From: the human T2T-CHM13v2.0 reference genome, Homo sapiens
NCBI RefSeq assembly: GCF_009914755.1
Contig: NC_060927.1
Reading direction: 5' to 3' (one strand)
DNA length: 64,000 nt
The notes under the pieces are model-generated. The model searched no databases. It saw only the letters and a list, made by a program, of their open reading frames with translations, and was not told where the DNA came from. The position numbers and the translations under genes were made by a program. Positions 60,859 through 64,000 of this stretch are shown here, one piece after another (positions within the stretch are counted from its first letter, which is position 1; every line of letters starts with the position of its first letter).

Positions 60859-61584
60859 CATAAACACATACAAGTTTGTGTTTCAGGTTTGCTAACTGGC
60901 TTATTAGCAAATACTAAAGACAAAGCTTTAAGAAAGCATTCATAATTTCTTGGGTCAGCTACTGAGTATCTAACATAAGTAATTTCCTTCTATGCTCTGT
61001 TATCTTGTTAATACAGTCATTTAAAATGAGATTTTCTTTATAGGTTTTAATGAAAAGAACAGATCAATTTTTATGGGATCCATGTTCCTACTCAGCTAGC
61101 AAGAATGAACACCATTTCTCTAGTAGTTCTAAGATTCTTCCTTAAGTAAAATTTTAATGTTTAGGAGACACAGAGCACACAAAGGGAGTAAAAGAGCTTA
61201 AAAATGTGAGTTTATATTTTGAATCATCCTAAACAAGCACAGAAATATACATGAGAGGAAGTAAAATTATAGTCACAGGATAGAGAGACTTTGAAAGAGG
61301 TAAGAGCAAAATAGACAAAATCAGAAAATTAAATTCAAACTTCTAAAGTAAAGCAACAGACACTATGAATGCTTTGGAGAAAAACTGGACTTTGTGGGAT
61401 TTTTAACCCATGAAGGAAAGTAAACAAGGATGCAAGAGCATTTTATAATTTTACCCATAGGCTGGCAATAATCATTTATTCCTGCAGGACATGGAGTTAA
61501 AATTGAAGTGCTCAAATTGGCTCTGAATTCTCTCATTAAAACTGTCCTAAAATATACATAGGGTTGATTGTATTTTTAATTTAT

Positions 61585-64000
61585 CCTTTTTTTAATTTTT
61601 GTGGGTACATAGTAGGTGCATATATTTATTGAGTACATGAGATGTTTTGATAGAGGCATGCAGCATGAAATAAGCACAATAATAGAGAATGGGCTATCCA
61701 TCCATCAAAGTATTTATCCATTGAGTTACAAACAATCCAATTACACTCTATTTTAAAATGTACAATTAAGTTATCATTGACAATAATCACCCTATTGTGC
61801 TATTGAATAGTAGGTCTTATTTATTCTTTCTATTTTTTGTACCTATTTCCACTGCCCCCTCAGCCCCCAACTACCCTTCCCAGCTCCTGGGAACCACTCT
61901 TCTACTCTCTGGGTCCATGAGTTCAATTGTTCTGATTTTTAGATCCCACAAATAAGTGAGAATATGCAGTTTGTCTTTCTGTGCCTCCAGTTCTATGTTG
62001 CTACAAATGACTGTATCGCATCCTTTTTTATGGTTAAATAGTACTCCATTGTGTACGTATACCACATTTTTCTTTACCTGTTTATCTGTTGATGGACACT
62101 TAGGTTGCTTCCAAATCTTAGCTATTGTAAACCATGCTGCAACAAACACAGGAGTGCAACTATCTCTTCAATATACTGATTTCCTTTCTTTTGGGTACAT
62201 GCCCAGCAGTGGGATTGCTGGATCGTATGGCAGCTCAATTTTCAGTTTTTTTGAGGAACCTCCAAATTGTTCCCCATACTGTTTTTACTAATTTACATTC
62301 CCACAAACAATGTACAACAGTTCCCTTTTCTCCACATCCTCGCCAGCATTTGTTATTGCCTGTTTTTTGGCTACAAACCATTTTAACTGTGGTGACATGA
62401 TATCTCATTGTAGTTTTGCATTTCTCTGATGATCAGTGATGTTGAGCACCTTTACATATTCCTGTTTGCCCTTTTTTATGACTTCTTTTGAGAAATGTCT
62501 ATTCAAATCTTGTGCCCATTTTTTGATAAGTTTATTAGATTTTTTCCTATAGAGTCGTTTGAGCTCCTTATGTATTCTGATTATTAATCCCTTGTCTGAG
62601 GTGTTTTTTTTTCCCATTCTGTCAGTTGTCTCTTCACTTTGTTGATTACAACCCTTGCTGTGCAGAAGCTTTTTAATTTGATGTGATCCGATTTGTCCAT
62701 TTTTTACTTTGGTTGCCTGTGCTTGTAGGGTATTGTTCAAGAAACCTTTGCCCAGATAAATGTCCTGGAAATTTTCTCCAATGTTTACTTGTAGTCATTT
62801 CATAGTGTGAGATCTTAGATATAAGTCTTTAGTCTATTTCGATTTTTTTTTTTTTGGCAGATTGTCCCTCTGTCATCCAGCTTGGAGTGCAGTGGTGCCA
62901 TCTTGGCTCACTGCAACCTCTGCCTCCCAGGCTCAAGCAGTCCTCCCACCTCACCCCCATGAGTATCTGGGACTACAGGCATGCACCACCATGCCCAGCT
63001 AATTTTCATATTTTTTGGTAGAGACTGAGTTTTGCCACGTTGCTCAGGCTGGTTTCAAGCTCCTGGGATCAAGCAATCCACATACCTTGGCCTCCCAAAG
63101 TGCTGGGATTACAGGTGTGAGTCACCATGCCCAGCCTGGTTTGATTTTTCTGTATGGTAAGAGACAAAGTTCTAGTTTCAATCTTCTGCATGTGAATATC
63201 CAGTTTTCTAGCACCATTTATTGAAGAGACTATCTTTTTTCCAGTGTATATTCTTTACACCTTTGTCAAAAATGAGTTCACTGTAGGTGTGTGGATTTGT
63301 TTCTGGGTTCTCTATGTTGTTCCATTGGTCTATGTGTCTGTTTTTATGCCAGTACCATGCTGTTTTGTTTACTGTAGCTCTGTAGTATACTTTGAGGTCA
63401 GGTAATGTGATTCCTCCAGTTTTTTGCTTAGGATAGCTTTGGCTATTCTGGATCTTTTGTGACTCCATATAAATTTTAGCATAGTTTTTTCTAATTTCTG
63501 TGAAAAATATTGGTATTTTGAATCTGTAGATTGTTTTGGGTAGCATGGACATTTTAACAATATTGATTCTTTCAATACATGAACATGAAATATTTTTCCA
63601 TTTTTTGATGTCCTCTTCAATTTCCTTAATCAGCGTTTTACAGTTTTCATTATAGAGATCATTCACTTCTTTGGTTATGTTAATTCCTAGATATATAATT
63701 TTATGTGTGGCTATTTTAAATGGGATTACTTTTTAATTTCTTTTTCACATTGTTCACTGTTGGCATATAGAAATACTACTGATTTCTGTATGTTGACTCT
63801 GTATCCTGCAACTTTACTGAATTTATCAGTTCTAATAGTTTTCTTGTGGAGTCTCAAAGTTTTTCCAAATCTTAGATCATCTCATCAGCAAACAAGAATA
63901 ATTTGACTTATTTTTCCAGTCAGGATGCCCATTATATCTTTCTCTTGTCTGACTGCTCTAGCTAGGATCTCCAGTACTATTTTGAATAGAATCCTTGTCG
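61585..64000 (-). mobile_element. L1MA (about L1MA1-3) 3' UTR and ORF2 3' part, running off the window end
   Basis: 'tttttgtgggtacatagtagg' 3' end; ORF2 remnants '[16 protein letters not shown]', '[12 protein letters not shown]'. Confidence 0.93.
62843..63136 (-). mobile_element. Alu (AluJ-like) nested in L1MA
   Basis: 'ccaggctcaagcagtcctccc', 'ctcctgggatcaagcaatcc'; flanked by gattttt on both sides. Confidence 0.95.

Overview
Human/primate (mammalian) genomic DNA: AT-rich, CpG-depleted and dominated by interspersed repeats (about 14 Alus, one full-length ~6.5 kb L1PA7-type LINE-1, several L1 fragments, MaLR LTRs including one complete two-LTR element, and many MIR/L2/L3/MER5 relics). I find no intact cellular protein-coding exon; the ORF track is almost entirely Alu-, L1- or chance-derived. 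The one gene-like feature is a TATA box followed by a non-coding exon and a GT splice donor at 12066-12236 (+). From memory this matches an alternative first 5'-UTR exon of KCNMB2 (3q26), which would make the rest of the window intronic; I could not verify this. I see no prokaryote-style novel system. The most interesting signals are: (i) a ~250 bp poly(A)-tailed, TSD-flanked insert of non-TE RNA 3'-end sequence at 37663-37911, likely a retrocopied 3' UTR or orphan L1 transduction that a repeat masker would call just 'MIR'; (ii) an open 72-codon ORF0-like antisense frame in the old L1 5' UTR; (iii) an Alu and an L1 inserted sequentially at the same endonuclease site; (iv) a twin-primed inverted L1; (v) an AT-rich palindrome 0.9 kb into the intron. 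Subfamily calls are by eye, and boundaries of ancient repeats are approximate.
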